DNA from: a virus
Taxonomy: Duplodnaviria; Caudoviricetes
Strand: one strand, 5' to 3'
IMG/VR virus record: IMGVR_UViG_3300044266_000349
Coordinates: 1 to 64,000 of that record
Length of the DNA: 64,000 bases
Part shown: piece by piece, positions 26,338 to 35,067 of the stretch
How the letters are laid out: each line of letters starts with the position of its first letter
Position numbering within the stretch: position 1 is the first letter of the stretch
The notes under the pieces: generated by a model
Seen by the model: only the letters and a program-made list of their open reading frames with translations
Database searches by the model: none
What the model was told of the DNA's origin: nothing
Translations under genes and position numbers: made by a program

Positions 26338-27063
26338 TTAACCGAAAAAACTTTCGAGCCCTTCCACATCAATATTGTGGTCGAATCCACATTTACCACA
26401 CTTCATACGAATAGTTTGTTTTAATCTTGGTAAATTTGTAAAGAATTTTTCTACCTGATTGAATTGGTCTTGTCTCATAGACTCTATAAAATCTTGCAAT
26501 TCTTTTGTTGTCTGTTCTTTTGCATAATAATATTGCTCGCCATCATAAACCCATTCAATACTCTGTGCAATCAAAGCAAATGTAAGATCGTTTGCATTAT
26601 CATATTTTGAAAAATTCTTAATGAAACCAAATTCAGGATACTTAAATTTTATGGTCAATTTATCGTCCAGTTTAATTTCAGGTCCAACTTCTTCATTCAT
26701 TTCAATTTTCATGTCAAGAAGATTTAATTTGTGTTCCATCAATCCACCACATTCTTTATTGTCTACAATGTTGGTGCATTTATATTTTGAATCGACAACC
26801 TCACCAACTGACCGTGCTCTGAGATTGATAAAATAATATTCAATGTCAACGATTGGCAAAACATCAATATTTACATTGTCAGTTAATGTACAGTTGTTCA
26901 GAATATCCTTGACTGCTCTCTGTACATCTTCCCCTTCATTTGATTCCATCGCCATCAAAAGATTCTTTTGTTCTTTGACAAGAAATGGTCTAAATTTAAT
27001 TTTTTTCTTGGAAACAGGAAGTTTCAATTCATAGGTTGGTGTATCAATTTTCGGCAAAGCCAT
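26338..27063 (-). CDS. gp26: baseplate hub assembly protein
   Basis: MALPKI.TPTY.L.LP.S.K.IK.RPFLVKE.K.LL.A...EGL.SFF. Confidence 0.92.
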   Translation of the reverse strand: MALPKIDTPTYELKLPVSKKKIKFRPFLVKEQKNLLMAMESNEGEDVQRAVKDILNNCTLTDNVNIDVLPIVDIEYYFINLRARSVGEVVDSKYKCTNIVDNKECGGLMEHKLNLLDMKIEMNEEVGPEIKLDDKLTIKFKYPEFGFIKNFSKYDNANDLTFALIAQSIEWVYDGEQYYYAKEQTTKELQDFIESMRQDQFNQVEKFFTNLPRLKQTIRMKCGKCGFDHNIDVEGLESFFG

Positions 27064-27085
27064 AATAACTCCTTCATTTCATGTA

Positions 27086-27667
27086 TTAAATACCAGTTAG
27101 TGTTCGTTGTAATGAAGCTGGTGAAGTAAAATCCTTTTGTGAACTCGAACGCCAGTAGGTATAGGCAAAAGTAACTAAAAGTTTGTGAAACCCATCACTT
27201 GACCAATCCAAATCTAATTGATTAATAGAAATAGGATAAGCTTCAAACAACTGCACGGAATATGTTAGATCATCCAATGTGTTGTATTGGTTTATAGTTA
27301 AGATAGTGTCATAATCTTTTCTGTATGAAAAATCGTTTGTTTGCGTTGGGTTTATTATCTCTAACCAACTATCAAATATCTTTTTCTCACTCATCGCACT
27401 TTCAACAATCAATGTTAAATCAATATCGTTGTAAGTGGTCAAATATGGAAGTTTTTGTATAGGTCCATATGTTTTTTGTTCTGTTGTGGCCAGTGTTCTA
27501 CCGGGAAGTTGAGCATTTTCACATCTAAAAGCTAATTGACGAGCAGCAAAAGTATCAACTGAAGTGGAAGACACCACTTTAGGTGGAACAGGTATCAAAA
27601 CATTAAAACGATTTTGTCTGGCCAAATCACCCTTAAAACTATTTTTGAAGTCGGTTAAACTAGGCAT
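27086..27667 (-). CDS. gp54: baseplate tail-tube initiator (gp19/gp54 family)
   Basis: LARQNRF.V...CE..QLPGR...YGP..K.PY...F..W. Confidence 0.75.
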   Translation of the reverse strand: MPSLTDFKNSFKGDLARQNRFNVLIPVPPKVVSSTSVDTFAARQLAFRCENAQLPGRTLATTEQKTYGPIQKLPYLTTYNDIDLTLIVESAMSEKKIFDSWLEIINPTQTNDFSYRKDYDTILTINQYNTLDDLTYSVQLFEAYPISINQLDLDWSSDGFHKLLVTFAYTYWRSSSQKDFTSPASLQRTLTGI

Positions 27668-28279
27668 TTAAGATTTCCTTATTTCGTTCATTGAATCCTG
27701 CCACACTTCCATGGGTTTGGCTTTTCTGAATTGTTGTACCGGTAAATATGTTGCAATATCCCACTCATTTGGTTGTACTGCCAGGATCCTGGACTTTACA
27801 TGATTCGTTAAGTAACGCTTCAGACACGGTCTAAACTCTCTGAATCGTCTGGATGCAGCCAGGATGTCATAGGTAATACGTATTCTTTTGAGTTCATCTT
27901 CTTCATTATAGACTGCACCATATGATAACATTTTCTTCATAAGTGCCACACGAAACTTAATTGGTAGGTAATGTAGGTTTAATCCTAGGAATCCATCAGG
28001 ATACCTCTCCAACATCAATACCAATGGAAAAGTATCATAATATGGAAGTCCATTTTTCATTTTAGGATTGTAATGGAAAAAATACAATCCACCCAACATA
28101 AAACGATTTACATATCGCGGTTTTTCGGTACGAATTTGTGATGGAAACTGTTTTATTTGGATTCCACGAAGCATTGCAATCTTGGCCGTCAACCATTGCA
28201 TAGACTCGCGGCTAAACGTCTGCAACTCGGCCGCAGACTTTTCTTCTCCGAGTATTGATAATTGTGATTTTGTTGCCAT
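27668..28279 (-). CDS. gp2: DNA end protector
   Basis: YNPK.K..LPYYD.FPL...GFLGLNLHYLP...K.YL..HV.S. Confidence 0.92.
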   Translation of the reverse strand: MATKSQLSILGEEKSAAELQTFSRESMQWLTAKIAMLRGIQIKQFPSQIRTEKPRYVNRFMLGGLYFFHYNPKMKNGLPYYDTFPLVLMLERYPDGFLGLNLHYLPIKFRVALMKKMLSYGAVYNEEDELKRIRITYDILAASRRFREFRPCLKRYLTNHVKSRILAVQPNEWDIATYLPVQQFRKAKPMEVWQDSMNEIRKS

Positions 28280-28283
28280 GATA

Positions 28284-28289
28284 TATTTA
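28284..28289 (-). promoter_or_regulatory. T4-type late promoter TAAATA (gp2)
   Basis: TATTTA on + strand just upstream of the gp2 start. Confidence 0.6.
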
Positions 28290-28724
28290 TTTCAATCCTA
28301 GATGGTCTTCGGTGATAACTTTAAACTCCCAACCACGGTCCAGACAGTATTCTTGTGCAGCTTTCCATTTGGCCTGATTGATACCCCATGTGGCAACTTC
28401 TTGAATGTACTGTTTTGTTGCTCTTTTTCTTGGTTCTGGTGGTTGAGATTGTTTTTTGGGTTTAACTTCCAGCATCATTGTTCGTATTTTGCCTTCACGA
28501 TTACGAACTTTGACCAAGAAATCTGGAAAGTAACGGTGCCATTTGCCGTCCACTGGCGATTTGTATGGAACAGTCAACTCTTCTGATGCCCACGACAAAA
28601 TATCTGGATTTTTGTCTAACCATGACATAACCCTACACTCCCAACTGGAGCGATAGATGATATTTTTATGATCCCCAATGTATTTTTGGGGATTTGAAGG
28701 TCTAAATGTTCCAGAATACGCCAT
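28287..28724 (-). CDS. gp4: head completion nuclease
   Basis: YSG.F.P.NP.KY.GD...I.YRSSWE...YFPDF...EVKP...NQAKW.AA. Confidence 0.95.
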   Translation of the reverse strand: MAYSGTFRPSNPQKYIGDHKNIIYRSSWECRVMSWLDKNPDILSWASEELTVPYKSPVDGKWHRYFPDFLVKVRNREGKIRTMMLEVKPKKQSQPPEPRKRATKQYIQEVATWGINQAKWKAAQEYCLDRGWEFKVITEDHLGLK

Positions 28725-28729
28725 AAATA
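28724..28729 (+). promoter_or_regulatory. T4-type late promoter TAAATA (gp48)
   Basis: ATAAATA 28 nt upstream of the likely ATG; same motif precedes gp25 (34664), gp8 (41211), 47331 gene (47302), 56585 gene (56550), 58005 gene (57968). Confidence 0.7.
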
Positions 28730-28756
28730 CTATATATGTTTTTCCAGGAAAAGTTC

Positions 28757-29674
28757 ATGGCTAGCATCTCCAATCTAACGACCGTACCAAAAATTACCAG
28801 TGGTCGTGGACCACTTAAAGATTTATATGTCACCGAAGGTGTGACCGTGAATCGTTATCCTGAGGACCTTGAAACCGATTATAAAAGTCACTTTGTTCAA
28901 TTCAACGCTTATAAAATACAACCTTTGTTGGATGTGGCAAAAAGTATAGTTTCCGATTCATCTTATGCAACAACTGTGGCCAAAGATGTTGCCGATATTG
29001 TCACAAAAGCTGGAGACACAATAAAAGAAGTAACGACAGCAGCGTCAAAAAGAAATTCTATACAAGATATAAGTTTTCGCCAAGGTAAAAAAGTTAGTTC
29101 GATCATCAATCTGTTTATTCCAGACACTTTAAATTTTCAATATAATGCGTCCTATGGTGAACTCACACTTAAAGAAGCTGCCGAAAGCTTGCCGTTAAAG
29201 GTGGGAACGGCAGCTCAAGCCGCCACATCACTCATAAACAATAGAGCATCTAAATTGATGTTGGCTGCCAACGGTTTAACTTTTAATCCCGGCCAACAAT
29301 TATTGTTTGAAGGTATTGATTTTAGAACATATCAAATGTCATTTACATTTACTCCAGCATCATCGAAAGAAAGTGATCAGGTAAGAGATATTATTAAAAA
29401 ATTCAGAATGAATGCTGCTCCGACACTCAACCAGAAAACTTATGGTATGTTTTTTGTTCCGCCTTCAGTTTTTGAAATTAAGTTTTTTTCGAATGGCCAA
29501 GAAAACATGGAAATACCAAGATTAAAACCATGTGTTATTAAAGATATTGATGTAAACTATGCGCCAAACGGATGGGCAGCACACACTGGTGGCGCTCCAG
29601 TACAAACTGTATTGACTATGACTTTCCAAGAAACATCACTGATAGACAGTGTGGATGTAGAACAAGGTTATTAA
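28757..29674 (+). CDS. gp48: baseplate tail-tube cap
   Basis: NP.Q.LLFEG..FRT....FTF.P.S.KES...II..FR...CVI..I.VNY.P.G. Confidence 0.88.
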   Translation: MASISNLTTVPKITSGRGPLKDLYVTEGVTVNRYPEDLETDYKSHFVQFNAYKIQPLLDVAKSIVSDSSYATTVAKDVADIVTKAGDTIKEVTTAASKRNSIQDISFRQGKKVSSIINLFIPDTLNFQYNASYGELTLKEAAESLPLKVGTAAQAATSLINNRASKLMLAANGLTFNPGQQLLFEGIDFRTYQMSFTFTPASSKESDQVRDIIKKFRMNAAPTLNQKTYGMFFVPPSVFEIKFFSNGQENMEIPRLKPCVIKDIDVNYAPNGWAAHTGGAPVQTVLTMTFQETSLIDSVDVEQGY

Positions 29675-29675
29675 A

Positions 29676-30275
29676 ATGCAATATTTTAGTACATTACCAA
29701 AAATTGTTCAGTATGAAAACTTCACATCTAAGTTACTGACAAATATTACTGCTCGAGCAAGTGTTGTACCTTCACTTTTAAATGATCCTGTTGTTTTTTA
29801 CAAATATGATATACAGGACGAAGATACACCAGAATCTGTTGCACAAAAATATTATGGTGATTCATATGCATATTGGGTAATATTATACACTAATGAAATT
29901 ATGGATCCTTTATGGGATTGGCCACTTTCAAATAAAAATTTCAATAACTATATTGAAAACAAATATCCATCCGAAGAATTTAACGTGTATGCAACAATAC
30001 ACCATTATGAAAAAATAGTTACTCAATTGGATGTTATAACAAATACTACAACAGTCAACAAAGTGATTATAGATCAAACCACATACGATTCGTTAGTTGA
30101 AACAACCAATACATATACATTACCAACTGGAAATGTAATTGTAACAATAACAAAAAATGCTGTTTCTTATTATGATTATGAATGGCAAGCCAACGAAGAT
30201 AAGAGAACAATTAATTTATTGAATCGCATATATCTTGGCCAAATTGAAGAAGAATTTAAGAATTTAATGAGTTAA
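29676..30275 (+). CDS. gp53: baseplate wedge subunit
   Basis: YFS.LP.I.Y...Y.I...DTPE.VA..YYG....WVIL..N...DP..DWP (LysM-like). Confidence 0.9.
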   Translation: MQYFSTLPKIVQYENFTSKLLTNITARASVVPSLLNDPVVFYKYDIQDEDTPESVAQKYYGDSYAYWVILYTNEIMDPLWDWPLSNKNFNNYIENKYPSEEFNVYATIHHYEKIVTQLDVITNTTTVNKVIIDQTTYDSLVETTNTYTLPTGNVIVTITKNAVSYYDYEWQANEDKRTINLLNRIYLGQIEEEFKNLMS

Positions 30276-30276
30276 A

Positions 30277-31725
30277 ATGGAAAATACCGAATTAACGTTT
30301 GGGCCAGAAAATGGCGGCAATGGTGCATATTATCAACAAGACTTTGACTTAGAAGCAATTGATATTATTACTGGATCTGGCACCATCCATGTTCGTAATT
30401 TGGTACTTGAACTTTCTTTTTTTGAAGACATATACAGTTTCGTTGTTTCGGGCCATATTGTCTTAACTGATGCATTAGGACTTATGGAAAAGTTGAAAAT
30501 AGACGGAAACGAATATGTAAATGTTGTTTATGGTAAAACAAAAAAACAAGCCAATGAGTTCAAGAATGATAGAAAATATAGAATCTATAAGATAAGTGAC
30601 AAAACACCAATTGGAAATCATACAGCCGAATTTTTAACAATTTATTTTTGTTCTGAAGAACTTATGTTATCGGAACAAATTAAGATTAGCAAATCTTATT
30701 GCAATGAAAGTGCAAAGCCCGTTGCCACATCTAAAGATACAAACGAAGGTATAATCAACCAAATTTTAAATGATTTTCTAAAAGTTCGTTCGGATAGAAT
30801 TGAAAAGATAGAACCGACATATGGTGTTTATGACTTCATCATACCACGATTAAAACCATTTGAAGCCATAAGTTGGTTGTCTTTATACGCAAGACCAAAT
30901 GATTCTCAAATTGGATCCGACATGTTATTTTTTGAAACTAAAGACGGATTCAATTTCAGGTCACTACAATCAATGTATGGTGATCCAGTTTATGCCTCAT
31001 ACAAATGGCAACCAAAAAATGCAAACGATAATTTTGAGCAGGGAGCTTTTGCGGATGGATTGGTTACCATTTTAGATTTACAATTTATTAAAACATCCGA
31101 TGCATTGAACGAAACATCATCTGGCACATATGCAAACAAGTTGATTTCTATTGATACACTAACAAAATCTTATAAGGTTGTAGACTACAGTTATGATCAA
31201 AATTATTTGAAAAACAGTGGTAAAAATAAACCCCAAACATTAAATAAAAATCCAGTCATTGGTGAAGCACAAGATAAATTAGGTTTAAAACCAACAACAG
31301 CTTACGAGAGTGCGGTAAAGGTTGTTGTTGGAAATTCAAATCAAACATCATATGATTATGTGAAAGAGAAACCTGGAAGTGTGGCTAAAGATATTTTTAT
31401 CGAAACTTGGGTTCCATATAGAACATCACAGATTGCTTTAGCTAATCACACAATACTTAAATTGTTAATTCCTGGTGATAGTGATATGACCGCAGGAAAA
31501 ATTATCAATTTGAACATATTTTCGTTGTCGGTCGATTCAAACAACAACAGAAAATTGGACGAATATTTTTCTGGAAAATATATTGTATCAGCCGTACGCC
31601 ACATTATCCAATCTGATGGAAAATTTCAAACTGTAATGGAGATAGCCAAAGAAAGTTCTGTATTGCAGTTGGATTCTCCAAATTCGTCTGATTATGAATA
31701 TCAAAGAACTCTTGATGGAATTTAA
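30277..31725 (+). CDS. putative baseplate hub protein (gp27-like)
   Basis: between gp53 and gp5; FFEDI.S....G...L.D; FFET..GF.FRSL. Confidence 0.6.
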   Translation: MENTELTFGPENGGNGAYYQQDFDLEAIDIITGSGTIHVRNLVLELSFFEDIYSFVVSGHIVLTDALGLMEKLKIDGNEYVNVVYGKTKKQANEFKNDRKYRIYKISDKTPIGNHTAEFLTIYFCSEELMLSEQIKISKSYCNESAKPVATSKDTNEGIINQILNDFLKVRSDRIEKIEPTYGVYDFIIPRLKPFEAISWLSLYARPNDSQIGSDMLFFETKDGFNFRSLQSMYGDPVYASYKWQPKNANDNFEQGAFADGLVTILDLQFIKTSDALNETSSGTYANKLISIDTLTKSYKVVDYSYDQNYLKNSGKNKPQTLNKNPVIGEAQDKLGLKPTTAYESAVKVVVGNSNQTSYDYVKEKPGSVAKDIFIETWVPYRTSQIALANHTILKLLIPGDSDMTAGKIINLNIFSLSVDSNNNRKLDEYFSGKYIVSAVRHIIQSDGKFQTVMEIAKESSVLQLDSPNSSDYEYQRTLDGI

Positions 31726-31727
31726 AA

Positions 31728-32894
31728 ATGTTTCAAAATTTTATAGGTAAAGATGGGTTTTATTGGTGGATTGGTGTTGTTGAACTACAAGATGATCCAC
31801 TAAAAATAGGCCGCCATAAAGTTAGAATATTTGGTTGGCACACTGAAGATTTGAATGTCATACCCACATCCGACTTGCCGTGGGCAAAGGTATTGTTGCC
31901 ACCAAATAGCACAAATTCATATGCATCCATAAGACCAGGCGATTATGTTTTTGGATTCTTTGAAGATGGTGTGGCAGCACAATCACCGGTTATTATGGGT
32001 GTTTATTCCAGTATAGAACCAAAAAATGTCATAGAATCCAGAGGGTTTTCTTCACAGAGACCGGAAGAAAACATACCACAGATGCCGGAGAATCAAATTG
32101 ATAGAGAACCCGGCCAACCAACAACACCAAGATTATATCGTGGCGTCGTGGAAAAAACACCAGTATCTGCTACAAATGAAGATTTAACACACGTTTGTGG
32201 TTTTAAATTCAATTTAAATTTTGATGTTGATTTGGGATTAGGTGAATTAACGGCAGTCAAAGAATTGGCGACGGCTTTGCAACGAGGCATACAAGACGGT
32301 AAAAAAGGTGTTGCTGATGCAGTTCGTCAAGCAGCAGCCAAAATTATCAAAGCATTAAAAGCTGCAAGAAAAGCCATCATTTCACTATTGGGTACGTCTG
32401 ATGTGACAGGAGTTGCATCATTTTCTTTTTCCAAATTAAAAGATTTGACGAGACAATTAAATGGTATGTTATCTGAAGCCGCTGAAATGACTTATGATAT
32501 TGGTAGGGCCATAGGTGTTGTGCAAGGCATTAAAGAATTGGCTGCTTGGATAACTTCACTACCACAAAAAATACAAGAAATGGTAAAACAGTGTTTGGCC
32601 AATTTTACAAATTCTGTGAAAAAAGTTGTGTCGGATATTAATGCTTTACCCAGCCAAGTTGAAAATTCAGTGAAATCACAATTTGCAAATTTCACAAACG
32701 ATGTAAACAAGTCAATAAATACAATTAAATCTGAATTGACCACCTCACAATCTTCCGAAAGTACCACAATGATGAGGATTCTGCAAGGTGACTCCAGCGA
32801 TTCAACTTTAGATGCACTCAAAACATCTTTGCAACCACCGAGTGCAAAAGATATTCTTAAATCTTTGACAAAAACTTCTTTACAAAGACCTTAA
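31728..32894 (+). CDS. gp5: baseplate spike, N-terminal OB-fold part
   Basis: F.WWIGVVE..DDPL..GR.KVRI.G.H...LPWA...GD.VFGFF.DG..Q.PV.MG; no lysozyme domain. Confidence 0.85.
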   Translation: MFQNFIGKDGFYWWIGVVELQDDPLKIGRHKVRIFGWHTEDLNVIPTSDLPWAKVLLPPNSTNSYASIRPGDYVFGFFEDGVAAQSPVIMGVYSSIEPKNVIESRGFSSQRPEENIPQMPENQIDREPGQPTTPRLYRGVVEKTPVSATNEDLTHVCGFKFNLNFDVDLGLGELTAVKELATALQRGIQDGKKGVADAVRQAAAKIIKALKAARKAIISLLGTSDVTGVASFSFSKLKDLTRQLNGMLSEAAEMTYDIGRAIGVVQGIKELAAWITSLPQKIQEMVKQCLANFTNSVKKVVSDINALPSQVENSVKSQFANFTNDVNKSINTIKSELTTSQSSESTTMMRILQGDSSDSTLDALKTSLQPPSAKDILKSLTKTSLQRP

Positions 32895-32896
32895 TT

Positions 32897-33748
32897 ATGG
32901 CAACAGAACCAAGAGCATTTGATGGATTTACAGAGCCAGAATCGGCTGCAAACACCGATTATCAACCTGTATATCCATACAACAATGTTACTCAAACACC
33001 AAGTGGGCATCTATTTGAAATGGATGATACTCCTACACGTGAAAGGGTTCGCCTCCAGCACAGATCAAAAACATTCATTGAAATGCACCCAAATGGTGAC
33101 CAGGTACATAAAATATATGGAAACGGATATACCATCACATTAGGCGACCATAATATTGCGATTGGTGTGGACAATGGTGAAAATGCAAATAAATGTAATA
33201 TTACAATTTATGGTGATGTAAATTTGAACGTCAAAGGCGACTTCTATCAAGAAGTTGATGGAAATTATAGTTTACACGTTAAAGGTCGTTACACACAAAC
33301 TGTGGATAAAACTTCGTCCATCGTATCGGCAGGGGACATGAGAATTACCGCTGGTGCCAGTGCAACAGGAGCTCTTAGAATTACCACCGGTGACCATGTG
33401 TACGTTGATGGAGATTTGAGTGTTGATGGTGAAATGATTGCCACAAAAATAACTTCCACAACCCGTGTCGATGCCGGCGTAGGAATTGGTGCAGGCCTAG
33501 CAGGTGTTGTATCATTGGGTGGAATATCTGTTGGAGGAGCAATTCCTGCAATTCCAGGCACAATTACAGCTACAGTTTCAGTGTTAGCACCAGTGGTTAT
33601 GGGTACCAATATGGTATATGGCAGTATTTTGATGGACCCAACGGGCGGTGCACCACTGATGCGATCAATATATGATTCACATGCCCATATTTCATCATCA
33701 CCGGGTTCACCAACATCTCTGCCTCTTGCTTTGATGCCTTTACCGTAA
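32897..33748 (+). CDS. gp5: baseplate spike, C-terminal beta-helix part
   Basis: EP......YPYN....T.SGH.FE.DDTP..ER.RL.H (T4 gp5C-like); terminal HAH. Confidence 0.85.
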   Translation: MATEPRAFDGFTEPESAANTDYQPVYPYNNVTQTPSGHLFEMDDTPTRERVRLQHRSKTFIEMHPNGDQVHKIYGNGYTITLGDHNIAIGVDNGENANKCNITIYGDVNLNVKGDFYQEVDGNYSLHVKGRYTQTVDKTSSIVSAGDMRITAGASATGALRITTGDHVYVDGDLSVDGEMIATKITSTTRVDAGVGIGAGLAGVVSLGGISVGGAIPAIPGTITATVSVLAPVVMGTNMVYGSILMDPTGGAPLMRSIYDSHAHISSSPGSPTSLPLALMPLP

Positions 33749-33758
33749 TGGAGATAAA

Positions 33759-34583
33759 ATGACTACAGTATATGAAAGATTAGGGCTTACGATTGATGCT
33801 TCTTTTTTTGGTGCAGCTGCCAATCTATCGTCTGGAGCTGCCAACTCTTTGGCCTTTATTGCTGATAATACCCCACCATTGCCGGATTGGCAAATTAGTG
33901 CGTTATCAAATGGTGCAACAACGCCTATCGTAAGAACTGATTATTTTCAAAATCCGCTATCATCCAACCTTTCAAGTATATACACAAGCGCACACACCAT
34001 CTATATTACAGCCACAACGGCAGCCGATACTGATGTAGCTCTATCTGCAAACAATTTAATGATTAAAGTCGACCAGTTCACAAAACACACAGATAATATT
34101 GCTGGTGTCAGTGTGGTTATGGACGCAAATACACCATCATATGACACTGCATCTGCTTTGGGTCAACAAGTAATGATGATTTTGGCCAAGACTGATGGAA
34201 ATACTTCAGTAACAAATACTACACCGATTCTTGGTAGTTTCAGTAGTTTATTCATACCCAAAGATATTCAAACAAATACGATACAGATGGTAGCTTATGC
34301 TGGTGAATATGCAAACAGTTTAATAAGTGACGGCATGGGTGGTTATTATAGTGGTTTAGGACCAGAAGAAAATGCAAATATCATAAGTTATATGAATAGT
34401 ACATCGGCACTTATGAATTTACGTTGGTCATCGGATGTGACATATTATAATAATGCAAAAAAAGTGGTACAGGACTATTCTTTTCTGCAACAATTCAATA
34501 ATATGGGAGGCACAAATACTTATTTGGTTACAAATATCGTAGGAACACCAACTCTGGCCAACAATATTACCGCAAATTCCTAA
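33759..34583 (+). CDS. hypothetical structural protein
   Basis: GGAG SD; baseplate-module context. Confidence 0.7.
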   Translation: MTTVYERLGLTIDASFFGAAANLSSGAANSLAFIADNTPPLPDWQISALSNGATTPIVRTDYFQNPLSSNLSSIYTSAHTIYITATTAADTDVALSANNLMIKVDQFTKHTDNIAGVSVVMDANTPSYDTASALGQQVMMILAKTDGNTSVTNTTPILGSFSSLFIPKDIQTNTIQMVAYAGEYANSLISDGMGGYYSGLGPEENANIISYMNSTSALMNLRWSSDVTYYNNAKKVVQDYSFLQQFNNMGGTNTYLVTNIVGTPTLANNITANS

Positions 34584-34673
34584 AATTTCGATTTTTTCTT
34601 TTCCGGCCCGTGATTTTTTCCGACGCTATCTCAGATTCCGAAAAAGCGTTTTACTCCTAGACATAAATAAAAC

Positions 34674-35066
34674 ATGGCAACCTTACAAAAAGTATATTCA
34701 GATATAGATTTTACTTTCACCAAGAAACCGGTGACGGCTGATATCGCTCTGAGCTATGATTCGCAAGCTGTTATTAGATCAATACGCAATTTAATATTAA
34801 CGAAATATTATGAAAGGCCCTTTAATCCTAATTTAGGAAGTAATATTTCTTCTTTATTGTTTGAACCACTGACACTTTCAACATCTTCTGCGATTGAAAA
34901 TGAAATTAAAGCTACGATAGATAATTTTGAATCAAGAGCACTCATTCAAAGTGTGACAGCGGTGGCCGACGAAAGTAATAACGGTTATAATGTGACAATT
35001 ACATTTTATATACAAAATGAAACACAGCCCACAACAATAACATTTCTTTTAGAGAGAAACAGATAA
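34674..35066 (+). CDS. gp25: baseplate wedge subunit
   Basis: YSDID..F...P...D......AV..SI.NL..T...ERPF.P..G. Confidence 0.93.
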   Translation: MATLQKVYSDIDFTFTKKPVTADIALSYDSQAVIRSIRNLILTKYYERPFNPNLGSNISSLLFEPLTLSTSSAIENEIKATIDNFESRALIQSVTAVADESNNGYNVTITFYIQNETQPTTITFLLERNR

Positions 35067-35067
35067 A

